Positions 17,264-31,817 of a DNA stretch of 64,000 bases are shown in pieces. The position numbers and the translations under genes are program-made. The notes below the pieces were generated by a model that saw nothing but the letters and a program-made list of their open reading frames with translations, ran no database searches and had not been told where the DNA came from. Each line of letters starts with the position of its first letter. The stretch's first letter is position 1. The stretch is from a virus (taxonomy: Duplodnaviria; Caudoviricetes): IMG/VR virus record IMGVR_UViG_3300029288_005873, positions 64,001 to 128,000 of that record, one strand, 5' to 3'.

Positions 17264-17400
17264 TGCTCCCGGATGGACTCGAACCATCATTTGCTTGTTC
17301 GCTTGTTCCGGGTGACTCCTAAAAGTCGAGAGGTCAAGCTGGGTTGCTTTTTGTGATCAGATTTAATGTCTGTTGGCTTTTCCAGTTTGCCCACGGGAGC
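17264..17400 (-). ncRNA. giant-variable-arm tRNA-like RNA, copy C
   Basis: GCTCCCG/CGGGAGC-A; GGC AAACTGGAAAA GCC; CAGA-CATTAAA-TCTG; GCTTG/CAAGC insert; GATGG TTCGAGT CCATC. Confidence 0.85.
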
Positions 17401-17431
17401 AAGTTCTTCCTCTCAGAAGAACAATATTATC

Positions 17432-17487
17432 CAAAATCCAACATGTCGACTTTTTATGTCATTATCTAGACAACATGTTGGATTTTG
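17432..17487. promoter_or_regulatory. 15-bp perfect inverted repeat upstream of the ncRNA/tRNA cluster
   Basis: caaaatccaacatgt-N26-acatgttggattttg. Confidence 0.55.
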
Positions 17488-17665
17488 TAACATTTTTCCT
17501 ATAACGCTATCTTACTCTACCGAACCAAACTTCTCCTTGAGCTTCTTGTACCCAAGCTTAACGAAATACACCACAACTGGACCTCCAACAAGACCGATTC
17601 CAAGACCAACCAAAAATGTCGTCACTTTTTTCTCCTCCACATTGAAATGGCGGTTACCGCCGCAG

Positions 17666-18568
17666 TTACTCAACAGCTCCAGCGTTTACAAGTGTTATTC
17701 TGGAAACATGAGGGGGCACGCATGCCTTGTGTCTACTTGACCTCTCAAGCTTTCTAAGAGCCATGATGACGGCTGAGTCTACAGAATCATACCCAAGCGA
17801 CTCTGGCGGAACATCATTGAGAACACATCCATTCTTCTCATTTTCCCTACTTGCCCATTCTATAGATCCCATAGATTTACCTGGAAGGGTATATGTTAGG
17901 CGAGTTCCGGTAAGATTGAGAAGCTCCGATTCGTCAGTATGATTTTCTCCTCCCCATAGATCTGGAGTTGGTGATGCATCAATAACTTCCTGTGGAACAC
18001 CGAGATTTGCGGCAAGCTCCCATATTTCACCTTTGAATAAACCTTCAACCCAATTACTGTCTACTTCACCATCTCCGCCCTTCTGATAAAAACGTATGAG
18101 TTCGTCTTCGTCTCTATTGCCCGTTCCTTCTCGTATACCTCCTCCAAATGCTCTATTCACAAAACGCCCCACCGGAGCGCGTAAACAACTACGCAATCCT
18201 CCAAATATTGTTCTATTACAGGGCTTTTCTACATCAGGAAATTGAATCCCAAGCCTTACAAATTCAGACGACACAGCTCTAACTATTTCCCTATAGACTC
18301 CAGATAGGTCAAGTTCAACAAGTCTAAAACCAAACCTGTCTGAAACAAGCTTTGCTAATCTAGAAGACTCTTTAGAAGAATCTATTGAACTATAGACTCC
18401 AATCACATTTTCTTTACCAAATGCTAGACAAGCTAGTGCCGCAACGACAGCGCTATCTACTCCTCCAGAAATATCAACTTCAGCTTTTGAGGTTTTAGCT
18501 TCAGAAGCCTGTTCAAGCATGGCATTTACAAGAATGCCCTTAAGAAGGTCAAAATCCCTTACAGTCAT
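17666..18568 (-). CDS. nadE: NH3-dependent NAD+ synthetase
   Basis: ISGGVDSAVVA PP-loop, GTGNRDE, FYQKGGDG, LFKGEI.ELA..LGVP, PTPDLW...TDE.EL. Confidence 0.9.
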   Translation of the reverse strand: MTVRDFDLLKGILVNAMLEQASEAKTSKAEVDISGGVDSAVVAALACLAFGKENVIGVYSSIDSSKESSRLAKLVSDRFGFRLVELDLSGVYREIVRAVSSEFVRLGIQFPDVEKPCNRTIFGGLRSCLRAPVGRFVNRAFGGGIREGTGNRDEDELIRFYQKGGDGEVDSNWVEGLFKGEIWELAANLGVPQEVIDASPTPDLWGGENHTDESELLNLTGTRLTYTLPGKSMGSIEWASRENEKNGCVLNDVPPESLGYDSVDSAVIMALRKLERSSRHKACVPPHVSRITLVNAGAVE

Positions 18569-18898
18569 TATCCACTCCTTCCTCTTCTACGACTCCTACG
18601 AGACCGACAAGCTTTTATAGTAGCACCAAATGGACGTCTAGATACCCAAATTACAAAACGCGCAAAAGCCTCATCAGCAAGTAGGGAATCTACGGTGCTA
18701 AATTCCTCAAGTTTTTTATTACTATACATCGCGTGTATTTGACGATGACAGTCCACACATATTGCTTCGGTCTCTTTACCGCCACGACACCTTGGTATAA
18801 GATGATGGTCTGATATTAGATTCTTATCTAGAACCTGACGCCCACAAAGTGGGCATGTTGGAAAATCTGAAATTTTTTCGCCGCTGCGTTTTTTTCAT
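18568..18898 (-). CDS. HNH endonuclease (small type); start appears +1 frameshifted in an A7 run
   Basis: Reading frame upstream of the track start gives CPLCGR...DHHLIPRCRGG...CVDCHRQIH; nearest ATG is out of frame by one A. Confidence 0.7.
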
Positions 18899-19014
18899 TT
18901 GACATTGAAACGACCGAAGGATATTTTTTCAAGGGCACAAAAGGAAGGGAAGATGCAATAGCATAACACTATTTATATATACTATTATAATTTATTATGT
19001 GCCATAATAATATA

Positions 19015-19665
19015 TTATCTACCTCTACGCATAATCCTACGTTCAATAATTGCTTCGGCAGAAATAGAGAATAGGACTAATGCAACCCAGAAATATCCAA
19101 TAGCAAATGATAGAATGCCGAGCGAGGCACCAACAACAATCGTAATTGTAGACGATATGGTTGTTGCCTTCTCCATACCAACTGCTACCGATAAAACTGC
19201 CCTGAGGATTCTGCCTCCATCCATGGGGAAGAGTGGAAGCATATTAAAAACCCCTAGCATTGCGTTAACCGTGGCAAAAAAACAAATACCCCAAGGCGGA
19301 TTACTAAATTGTTGGGAAACTAGAAAACCAAACAGTGCGAGTGCCAATGATGACGCTGGTCCAGCAAATGCTATGGGGATCTCATGTTTTTGATCGGCAT
19401 CTGGCAAACCAAAAATCCTAGCTACTCCCCTAGCTACTCCACCAAACATATACAATGTTATGGACTGTGTCAAATACCCAAGCTTTTTTGCCACAAGAGC
19501 ATGTGAAAATTCATGTACAAGAAGGGAAATAACCATCGTCATAATAAAGCATGTTCCCTTCCATATCCCCATTGGCAATACAAATAGTGTCCATAGTAAA
19601 AATGACCAGTTTATTAGTATTGGTATCCCAAAGGGACTAATCCCTATATACCACGTTCCTCGCAT
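19015..19665 (-). CDS. site-2 protease (M50) membrane metalloprotease
   Basis: HEFSH, IAFAGP, FNMLPLFPMDGGRI, several TM helices. Confidence 0.92.
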   Translation of the reverse strand: MRGTWYIGISPFGIPILINWSFLLWTLFVLPMGIWKGTCFIMTMVISLLVHEFSHALVAKKLGYLTQSITLYMFGGVARGVARIFGLPDADQKHEIPIAFAGPASSLALALFGFLVSQQFSNPPWGICFFATVNAMLGVFNMLPLFPMDGGRILRAVLSVAVGMEKATTISSTITIVVGASLGILSFAIGYFWVALVLFSISAEAIIERRIMRRGR

Positions 19666-21476
19666 ATCTTTTTGTCTTTCTGCTTATCTGTATTGTCAAT
19701 AAATTCCAAAAGTTCAAGTTCTTTTTTCAAAGCATCTATATTTCCATCTACTAAGGGGCAAACTGCTGCAAACCTGTGTCCGCCACCATTAAAAATCTTA
19801 GCGACTTTGGATACATCACATTGAGAATGCTCAGGTACTCTCAACTTTACTGTACGCTTTTCGATTTTTCCATATATTAAACAAATATATGGATTTAATT
19901 TATTTAATATATGTATTGCATAATCAATAATTACTAAGCTATCCTCATCCGTTTCAACTATAACAAAACCATTCGGTAACCTGGAAACTTTGGAGTTCCT
20001 AATAACTCTCCATACAAGTTCCATCGGAAGATTGTTTATAGAATCAAGCAACCGACGAAATTTCTCTTCAGAAATACCTAATTCTATTATAGAATTAAAC
20101 ACTTCTTTCATCCTTCTAGATAGTAATGTGTCTGTATACATTCCAATTGCTAAAATGTCATCTTTGATTCCAAATTTCCACAATAATACACTTGCCGTAC
20201 TACACATATCATATATAAATATCTTATTTTTTGGATCATGTTTACTAAGTCTACTTATATGATGGTCTATATTTACAATATTTATTCCATTAGGAATATT
20301 CCATCCTATTCTTTCATACGAGAATCCACTATCTAAAACTATTACCTGTTCAGCCCATTCGGGAAACTCGTCAAGTTTTTCTACGCCCTCAATAATCCAC
20401 AACAGGTTCTCAGGAACATCGCCCTTAATGATGATGGCAGACTTTACACCAATATTAATCATATGTCTGTACATTGCTACTATTGATGATAAGGCATCTC
20501 CATCTGGACAAATATGGGCAGTTATGATTGAATCTTTCTTTGGAATTGTTGAATCTTCCGTCGCTTCGCAAATGGAAGATTCAATCTGATCTGGATCAGT
20601 AACTACGCAATATATGTAGCCCATCTCTTTATAGAATGTTAATTTCTCAAAAAATTGTTCACTTTTTTTTCTTTTTTTTCCAAGCCCATCTGCTTCAACC
20701 CACAGTTTTGATCCAGATGTTAACAATACTACAAAATCACATGTCCAATCTCTATGATTTGTAACAATAGATTGCGGTTTGTAATCTAATATAATGTTTC
20801 TATTTTTTAGTTCGAAAAGTTTATTTGCAACAAGACATTCTAGTTGTGAACAATATATACGACCGTCGCATGATAGCGAAGGTTTAGCCCAACCTTTGTT
20901 TTTCATAATATGATTGTAATCAAATCCAGCAGCTTGAACAGCCCCCCCCCATGACCCAAAGAAAAATTTTGCCCTTTTTAGTAGTCTTGAATGGTGTTTA
21001 TGTATAAATTTGAAATTCAAAGGTTGTCCTTCAAAATGTAAACGTTGTATTTCACTTTCGATCGTTTCTTTTGTCCAAGGTTTGGAGATCAAGGAATCGT
21101 TTATTAAACCAGCTACATTAAGTGCGGCGCGTCTAGACCCAAAAAGACGCATTATTGCTGTCCACAACCCGTAATGATTTTTCTTTAGATTAACATCAAA
21201 GAGATCCTCATGCGGAATCTTTTTCAATTCTGTAATGATATCATCTTTTGTCCATTTTCGCCTTTTTAGAATTATAGATGGATCTAATCCAGCTGCTATG
21301 ATAGCTTTACGTAGACTTCCAAACATATTATAGCAAGCGTTATACAAACTAGCATCGTCGGCAGACAATGATGATGAATCGAGTCCTTTACTATCTGAAT
21401 ATCTTTTTTTTAGAATATCAATTATAAGACTCTTTGGATATTTTGGTTTTTTTGACATAAGGATCGACCTAATCAA
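19644..21476 (-). CDS. fusion: homing-endonuclease-associated repeats + PD-(D/E)XK nuclease + DHH/DHHA1 phosphoesterase
   Basis: Repeats KWTK..I...FGS...A..AAG; CDF...WVEADG; HICPDGDALSS, VLDSG, IDHH, GGGH. Confidence 0.8.
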   Translation of the reverse strand: MIRSILMSKKPKYPKSLIIDILKKRYSDSKGLDSSSLSADDASLYNACYNMFGSLRKAIIAAGLDPSIILKRRKWTKDDIITELKKIPHEDLFDVNLKKNHYGLWTAIMRLFGSRRAALNVAGLINDSLISKPWTKETIESEIQRLHFEGQPLNFKFIHKHHSRLLKRAKFFFGSWGGAVQAAGFDYNHIMKNKGWAKPSLSCDGRIYCSQLECLVANKLFELKNRNIILDYKPQSIVTNHRDWTCDFVVLLTSGSKLWVEADGLGKKRKKSEQFFEKLTFYKEMGYIYCVVTDPDQIESSICEATEDSTIPKKDSIITAHICPDGDALSSIVAMYRHMINIGVKSAIIIKGDVPENLLWIIEGVEKLDEFPEWAEQVIVLDSGFSYERIGWNIPNGINIVNIDHHISRLSKHDPKNKIFIYDMCSTASVLLWKFGIKDDILAIGMYTDTLLSRRMKEVFNSIIELGISEEKFRRLLDSINNLPMELVWRVIRNSKVSRLPNGFVIVETDEDSLVIIDYAIHILNKLNPYICLIYGKIEKRTVKLRVPEHSQCDVSKVAKIFNGGGHRFAAVCPLVDGNIDALKKELELLEFIDNTDKQKDKKICEERGI

Positions 21477-21504
21477 ATATTTCTACAACAATATATTATT
21501 CCTT

Positions 21505-21762
21505 CTAACTAGAGAGGAATGCCTCAATCTCCTCCTGGGAATGTGCGCCAACAAGGCGCCCAACCGCTTCTCCATCCTTGATTAGGATTAAAGTGGGTAT
21601 CGATCGGACATTCATTACGGCAGCCCTATTAGGATCTTGATCAATGTTTACATTCTCAAGTTTTATATCGCCAAATCCCTTCAAAGCCGATTCTAGAGCC
21701 GGAGCCATGGCTTTACAAGGGCTACACCAGGGCGCAAAAAAACGCACAAGAATAGTATCCAT
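21505..21762 (-). CDS. trxA: thioredoxin
   Basis: FFAPWCSPCK, VRSIPTL. Confidence 0.92.
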   Translation of the reverse strand: MDTILVRFFAPWCSPCKAMAPALESALKGFGDIKLENVNIDQDPNRAAVMNVRSIPTLILIKDGEAVGRLVGAHSQEEIEAFLSS

Positions 21763-22318
21763 TTTATATAGCCTCCAATCGTCCCGTGAATATACTTGGG
21801 ACAGGAGATATGTTTGTTTATTGATAGTCGGTTCTAATCATCTAGCTTGAGCCAGATTGTATCCGCACAAATATTAGCTACCTTATACGACCTGTATGGA
21901 AGTGTATCCTGAGAACCGTCTAGAATCCTATTAACATTGACACCTTTAATATGTGTATCAGAAACCTCTGACACACGAAGAAGGATCTCTTGGATTGACT
22001 GCCCCTTGCTTGAGTTGTCAATGCGGGCGATAAACTTCACAACCTGTCCAGGTTTAATATCGGTAATTTTCATTTCCGTCCCCTTTTCTAGCCGACGTAT
22101 GTCTTTTCTTTTTCGGTGTGTTCACTTTTTCTTTTTCTGTCCGAGCGGTCCTTTTTTCTTTTTGCTTCAGTCATACCTCTTAGTCGACATGCCCTACATT
22201 CCTCCATATCGCGTTCACATGGAACCAATGGGCAAGTTTTGAATATGAAACCCCAATCCCAAGCTACCTGATATGCAACTGGACATGAGAACGAACATTT
22301 TCTTCCCTTCGCCATCTT

Positions 22319-22822
22319 TTACCTCCCATGACATCTTTTGAACTTAGGAACTTTTCCGTCAATTTTTCGACCACATGGGCACGGACTATTTCTACCAATA
22401 CGACTTGATAATATTCTATCAGTCATTAGGATTCCGCCAAGATGGTCTATCTCATGTTGTATAGCTATAGCTTCAAGCCCCGTGGCTACAATCCCAGACG
22501 GATTCTTGTCGCATTTTACAAAAACCTCTCCAAATCTAAGTGTGTCGATGGAAACATTTGGGATGCTTAAGCATCCCTCTCCCCTTGCTATTATGGGATT
22601 ATCCATCTCTAATATAGTTGGATTAACAAGGTCTATGGAATGTTCTTTAGTTCTTATTATTGCTACTTGTTTCAATATTCCTATTTGTGGTGCAGCTAGA
22701 CCAACACCATGTCTATCAAATAACAAAAGCTCTTTTTCAAGCAGTTTAAGTATTTCTTCGACTTCAAAATCTGAAACTTGTGTACTTGGAAGTCTTAGAA
22801 TTGAAACATCTGTGACTATCAT
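22319..22822 (-). CDS. def: peptide deformylase with C-terminal SEC-C motif
   Basis: GVGLAAPQIG, EGCLS, QHEIDHL; GRNSPCPCG...KFKRCH. Confidence 0.95.
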   Translation of the reverse strand: MIVTDVSILRLPSTQVSDFEVEEILKLLEKELLLFDRHGVGLAAPQIGILKQVAIIRTKEHSIDLVNPTILEMDNPIIARGEGCLSIPNVSIDTLRFGEVFVKCDKNPSGIVATGLEAIAIQHEIDHLGGILMTDRILSSRIGRNSPCPCGRKIDGKVPKFKRCHGR

Positions 22823-22828
22823 TATTTG

Positions 22829-23362
22829 TCACTTTGCTGGAACAAGCATGATTGATATGTCCTTATCGCCTATTTCAGCTGCTTTTTCGACTTTATATTT
22901 TGTTTCGTCAAGCAGTTTGACAAATCTTTCAAGAACATCTCTGCCCGTTTCGGTCATATGATTTTTTTCCCTACCCTTAAATCTCACAACGATTTTTACG
23001 CGATCGCCCTCTCCTATGAACTCGAGTGCTTGTTTTGCCCTATACTCAAGATCATGATCATCTGTATTTGGGCGGATCTTAATTTCTTTTGTCAACTGTT
23101 GTGTAGCTTTTGAAGCCTTATGCCTTTTCGACTGTTCATATTTCCATTTGCCTAGGTCCATAATTTTACATGTAGGAATACCATTTTTTCCTTCCCCAAC
23201 CTGAACAAGATCAAGACCAGACGATTCAGCCATTCGGTATGCATCCAATGTGTCTAGCACACCAAGATTGGATCCATCCTTATCAATTAGAAGAACAGTC
23301 CTTGACTTTATTGCACGCTCCGTTCTTTGGTTTCTATTACCAAAATCTCGCATTCTTCTCAC
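22829..23362 (-). CDS. infC: translation initiation factor IF-3
   Basis: LDLVQV..CKIMDLGKWKYE, KEIKIRP..DDHDL, GDRVKI...FKGRE. Confidence 0.95.
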   Translation of the reverse strand: MRRMRDFGNRNQRTERAIKSRTVLLIDKDGSNLGVLDTLDAYRMAESSGLDLVQVGEGKNGIPTCKIMDLGKWKYEQSKRHKASKATQQLTKEIKIRPNTDDHDLEYRAKQALEFIGEGDRVKIVVRFKGREKNHMTETGRDVLERFVKLLDETKYKVEKAAEIGDKDISIMLVPAK

Positions 23363-24340
23363 TTTCCAAAATTGCGGGGACCCGCACTGCTGTCAAAATG
23401 TTTCTTCGCCAATACCACTGGAATCATATGTACTTGAAAAGGTTCATCTGGTTCTTGGAAACATGAGGCAACAAAAGCGTTCGGATCTCCACAGGTTTCC
23501 TTTGCCTTATTGATGATATCCTCAGGCATAACCTCATGTGGATTCATATAAACCCTGAACATGCCATCATCATATGGTACATAATATATCAAAACGTCAG
23601 CGCAACTTGGATCTGATTTTGTTCCAAGAAGTACCGATCCAATTTTTCTCCTCAGTCCTTCCTTAACTAGAAGAAAGCCTACATCAAGCTCTCCTCTTTG
23701 TTTTCTTATCACTGGTATTATGGAAAGAATGTCAGGAGTCCTATGCTCACAAATTTTACATCCATCTTTGTGTGGAACTATTGTACCACCCCTACCATCT
23801 CCTTTAAGATTGACCCAATGCGCATTGAATAAGAGGGAAGGTCCTATAATCCTTACAATTGTTGGACCATCACAGCTTGGTAGGAAAAGCTGCGGCTTAC
23901 TTAGTACAGATTTTACAGCTATGAGTCGAACCGGATTTACTAATATATCATGGATCATCTCTAGGATATTGTTGTCAATTGATCCTATGATATCAAATAT
24001 CTTTTCATTCTTATCCAGGACATAAGGCATAACGCATATTGAAGAGTCATTTAAGTTTGTCGACACAACAAACGTCAGATGACCATTCAGACCGGCTTTC
24101 TTAAGCATGGACATCGGCACACGTAACCTGCCCGCACTAATAGAGACCTTGCCTATTGGATTCTTACACGATTCAGATAGCACCAATGAGCAGGTGTCAC
24201 AACAAACTGTAATCACCTGTTTATCTTTCCACCCCATAAGTCGCACAATCCTATGTGGAATCTCTATGCGACCATCTCCTTTTACATGTACGGGTGTTCC
24301 AGACCTTCGTGTGATAAGGTTGGATAGTATTCCCGCCACG

Positions 24341-24351
<11 letters not shown>
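23359..24351 (-). CDS. hypothetical protein with N-terminal AbrB/MraZ-like repeats
   Basis: GDGRIEIP and AGRLRVP repeats. Confidence 0.45.
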
Positions 24352-28778
<4,427 letters not shown>

Positions 28779-28814
28779 TTCTCCACAATTGTGCGTACAT
28801 ACAAGCTGACAGCT

Positions 28815-29339
28815 TTAGTATGACATATGGACTGTAAGAAACACTTGGGCTTTGCGGTCAATTCCAACACTTCGAGCTATACTCTCGGCATCCTCTATTT
28901 TTACAAGGATAAATTCAGGAGAAATAGGCAATATACTATTTCCACACCCGTGGCAGGCATCACTAGTTTGAGCAACGCGGAATCCTAAGGCTAGATTACT
29001 ACTACCGTTTTCACTCGATGATATCGAATCAATACAAAATATACCACTGGAATCTGAATCAGAACCATATGGATATTGATCCCTCAATGAGTGCCACAAG
29101 TCATCAGCCGAAATTTCAAGTTCGTCAGCCCATGCTTTGAACTCTGAAGTGGGCTTCTCGATAGGCTTTAGACAAAGTTCTGATCCACATTGGTCACAGA
29201 ATTTGACAGCTAATTTCCCAGTCTTTTTAATTTTGACATGACCGTTCTTACATCCATAGGAAGAACCCATCTCTATGAAAAAGTCCTCCCGTGCTACAGG
29301 CACGCCAATTATGATGTTTCCATACACATTCAACCCCAT
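28815..29339 (-). CDS. hypothetical protein
   Basis: 174-aa ORF with CDQC. Confidence 0.55.
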   Translation of the reverse strand: MGLNVYGNIIIGVPVAREDFFIEMGSSYGCKNGHVKIKKTGKLAVKFCDQCGSELCLKPIEKPTSEFKAWADELEISADDLWHSLRDQYPYGSDSDSSGIFCIDSISSSENGSSNLALGFRVAQTSDACHGCGNSILPISPEFILVKIEDAESIARSVGIDRKAQVFLTVHMSY

Positions 29340-29714
29340 GGGATTACTCGCAGATTCCCTTTTCCTGTTCGCGCTCTAGAGAGGCAAGGGCAGCTCCCAT
29401 TTCTTTCTTGGATACTTCGATGTCAACTTCTTGCTTTGTCATGTTGCCAAGTTCTTTTTTAATTTCCTCGATAAGTGCTTTCCCGGCCAGGAAATGGGCA
29501 CCAATCCTCTCTTGGAGAGAGCCGGTCTTCTTCGACTTTTCTTTGCGCGGTCTCGGCGTCACAAGTGTTAGAGCACTCACAAGTGTTGCGTGTTCAACAT
29601 CACTGCGACCACGAAGCTTGATGCCAAGAGTCTTTGCCTTTAGAACTACCGTTGCCGTAGAGCAACCAAAAAAGTTTGCAATCTCCGCAATTGTAGATTT
29701 CTCAGTAATAATCG

Positions 29715-31817
29715 TCATTTTTCTTCCTCCTTCGGCAATAGACCAATTTTCCTGCCGAGTGTTTGCCATGCCATAGCCGCAGTAAGAGGCACTACGGCAT
29801 TCCCCAATGTTCTTAATCTATCACTTCTAGAGCACATATGTGGTAGGCTAGTCGTTATTTTTCCCGTCCCTTTTCCTGTTTTACAGGTTGACTGCCAGTT
29901 TCTGAATGCTGACATACGCATGTCCAGTGTGGGGGCAGACCCATTAGCATTTCCACGAATAGCGGGTTTAGCATCATCCGACATCCGCGCCCACCCTTCT
30001 GCGTCGCCAGGCGTTGGAGGGAAGGGCGAATCCGACCAACCCTCCCCGCCGAACCGCCTTGGTTCGATCCGTACTGAGCTGCCGATGGAGTCGGCCAAAA
30101 TTCTGCCACATCTGGTAGCGTCCTGTCCGATTCTGGTCTCGGCTTCCCATCCCTCGTTCTTTTCCTCCAGTCCGCACCGCCCTTGTGATCCCTGCTTGCT
30201 GGCGTCGGCCATTGTGCAGCCGCAGATGGAAGTGTCAGATCTCCCTTCGTTCCGTGCTGATTCGGACCCCCTTTTGTTCCATCTGTCGCTCTCGCGGTTG
30301 GCCATGATGAAGAGTCGTTTTCTGAGATGAGGAGCACCGACTTCTGCCGCGCTGAATATTCCCGCTTCAATTCGGTAATCCATTCCCCAAAGGTCTTCAC
30401 ATACGTCTCTGAACATTGTGTTGAGCAGGTTTGGGACATTTTCGAAGAAGCATACAGTAGGTGACACTTCTCCGACAATCCTTGCGAACTGCGGCCAGAG
30501 GTTTCGGTCGTCTTCTTTTCCGCGCCGTTTTCCTGCAACAGAGTGAGGGGTACAATTGTGTACCGCCATTCCTTCGGCAATGTATGATTCATCTTCCAAT
30601 ACAGAAATGTTCCATACAGTGCCGAAACCACACTGTTCCATGTATCTGACCGGCTTCCATCCGTATATTCCGTCGATAAAAGGTTCACGGTTTCTTGAGC
30701 GGATGTTGAGTTTCCAGGCATCACGCTGTCGGACTGTTCTTCCTTCAATAATACAGGTGTCACTTTTTCTATGACTTTTGATAACAGAACAGACAACTCC
30801 TCTAACGCTTTGTGCGATAAGCGACATTCCCATAGATAGTGCCCTACTGGTGCTACTTGACTCGCGCAACTTGTACGAGTCGTATCCATCTCCAGACAAA
30901 TAGCCTTGCAACAAGGCATTTGCTTTGCGCCAAGGAAGTTCCAAAGCACACCTTGGAATCCGTTTTCCATGGGCCAATCTCCCAAAAGGAAGAAGGAATT
31001 TATACAAGGATGTATCTGTAATATGGAATTTTGTTGCTGTTCGCCCTTCTTCACGATAGGCATGAAAACCTGCGAACGCGATTCTGGAGGCAAGATCATC
31101 AGCTTCCTTATGCCCACAGGTAATGATTGTGCGTCCCATCGGCTTCCTAGTTTTGCGCAATCCTTTCCTGTCGCAAAGATATCCATCGGCGATATATCTT
31201 CCAACAACCCACCAAAATTCAACACTGTGGTTGTCATCGATAATGGCTTCAGGAACAACCTGGCACACCATCTTCCCGCACAAAGATTCTGCGGAAACGA
31301 ATCCCGGTTTGCTGTATATTTTTCTATACTTTCTGGTTGTATTGTCCCATATTTTAGACACATCTCTTGCGTAGAAGGGATGCTCATGTGTTGTGATGAC
31401 ATCTGAACCCTGTGCCCGCACACGCATGAGTTGGGCGTTTTCTCTACACATAATGGATGTAATGGGTTTCCATCTTCCCAGATGTGTAAGGACACAATCT
31501 CCCACACACAATTCTTCAATAGGTCTATACCCAGATTCGGTAAGCACCAATGTTCCAGCAGCGAAGCAGGGGAACCCTCCAGTGATACAATCCACTTTTC
31601 CACGCCAAGGGCGGCCATCGAAGGTGAACACGCTATCCCAGATAGGCGCTTCATCCAAGATCTTTTCTTCCATCCTGGCCACGAGGACCGATGCGGCGTA
31701 AGTTTCAAGCTCGACATAACAAACAGTTCTGGATCTGGGCTCGGCGAGCTTAAGTCCGAGTTCGAGCCCTCCAATTCCTGAGCAGAGGGACAAAATCCTT
31801 GGGGAATATGTAGCCAC
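29715..31817 (-). CDS. C5 DNA cytosine methyltransferase, frame A (motifs I-VIII and X), intein-containing
   Basis: SLCSGIGG, GGFP|C, FFENV, HLRKRLF, RLRTLGNAVVP; GTG start at 31817. Confidence 0.9.
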   Translation of the reverse strand: MATYSPRILSLCSGIGGLELGLKLAEPRSRTVCYVELETYAASVLVARMEEKILDEAPIWDSVFTFDGRPWRGKVDCITGGFPCFAAGTLVLTESGYRPIEELCVGDCVLTHLGRWKPITSIMCRENAQLMRVRAQGSDVITTHEHPFYARDVSKIWDNTTRKYRKIYSKPGFVSAESLCGKMVCQVVPEAIIDDNHSVEFWWVVGRYIADGYLCDRKGLRKTRKPMGRTIITCGHKEADDLASRIAFAGFHAYREEGRTATKFHITDTSLYKFLLPFGRLAHGKRIPRCALELPWRKANALLQGYLSGDGYDSYKLRESSSTSRALSMGMSLIAQSVRGVVCSVIKSHRKSDTCIIEGRTVRQRDAWKLNIRSRNREPFIDGIYGWKPVRYMEQCGFGTVWNISVLEDESYIAEGMAVHNCTPHSVAGKRRGKEDDRNLWPQFARIVGEVSPTVCFFENVPNLLNTMFRDVCEDLWGMDYRIEAGIFSAAEVGAPHLRKRLFIMANRESDRWNKRGSESARNEGRSDTSICGCTMADASKQGSQGRCGLEEKNEGWEAETRIGQDATRCGRILADSIGSSVRIEPRRFGGEGWSDSPFPPTPGDAEGWARMSDDAKPAIRGNANGSAPTLDMRMSAFRNWQSTCKTGKGTGKITTSLPHMCSRSDRLRTLGNAVVPLTAAMAWQTLGRKIGLLPKEEEK

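Noticed and set aside
17360-17370. TTA at the anticodon position of RNA copy C, suggesting an ochre suppressor or stop-codon recoding
   Set aside because: The loop has A33 and is not conserved among copies; TAA, TAG and TGA all end genes normally and ORFs are full length in code 11.
10520-17400. Reading the long-insert tRNA-like genes as tmRNA, tRNA-Sec or intron-containing tRNAs
   Set aside because: They are too short for tmRNA and have no tag ORF, there is no TCA anticodon, and the insert lies 3' of an intact anticodon-like stem with no group I or BHB features.
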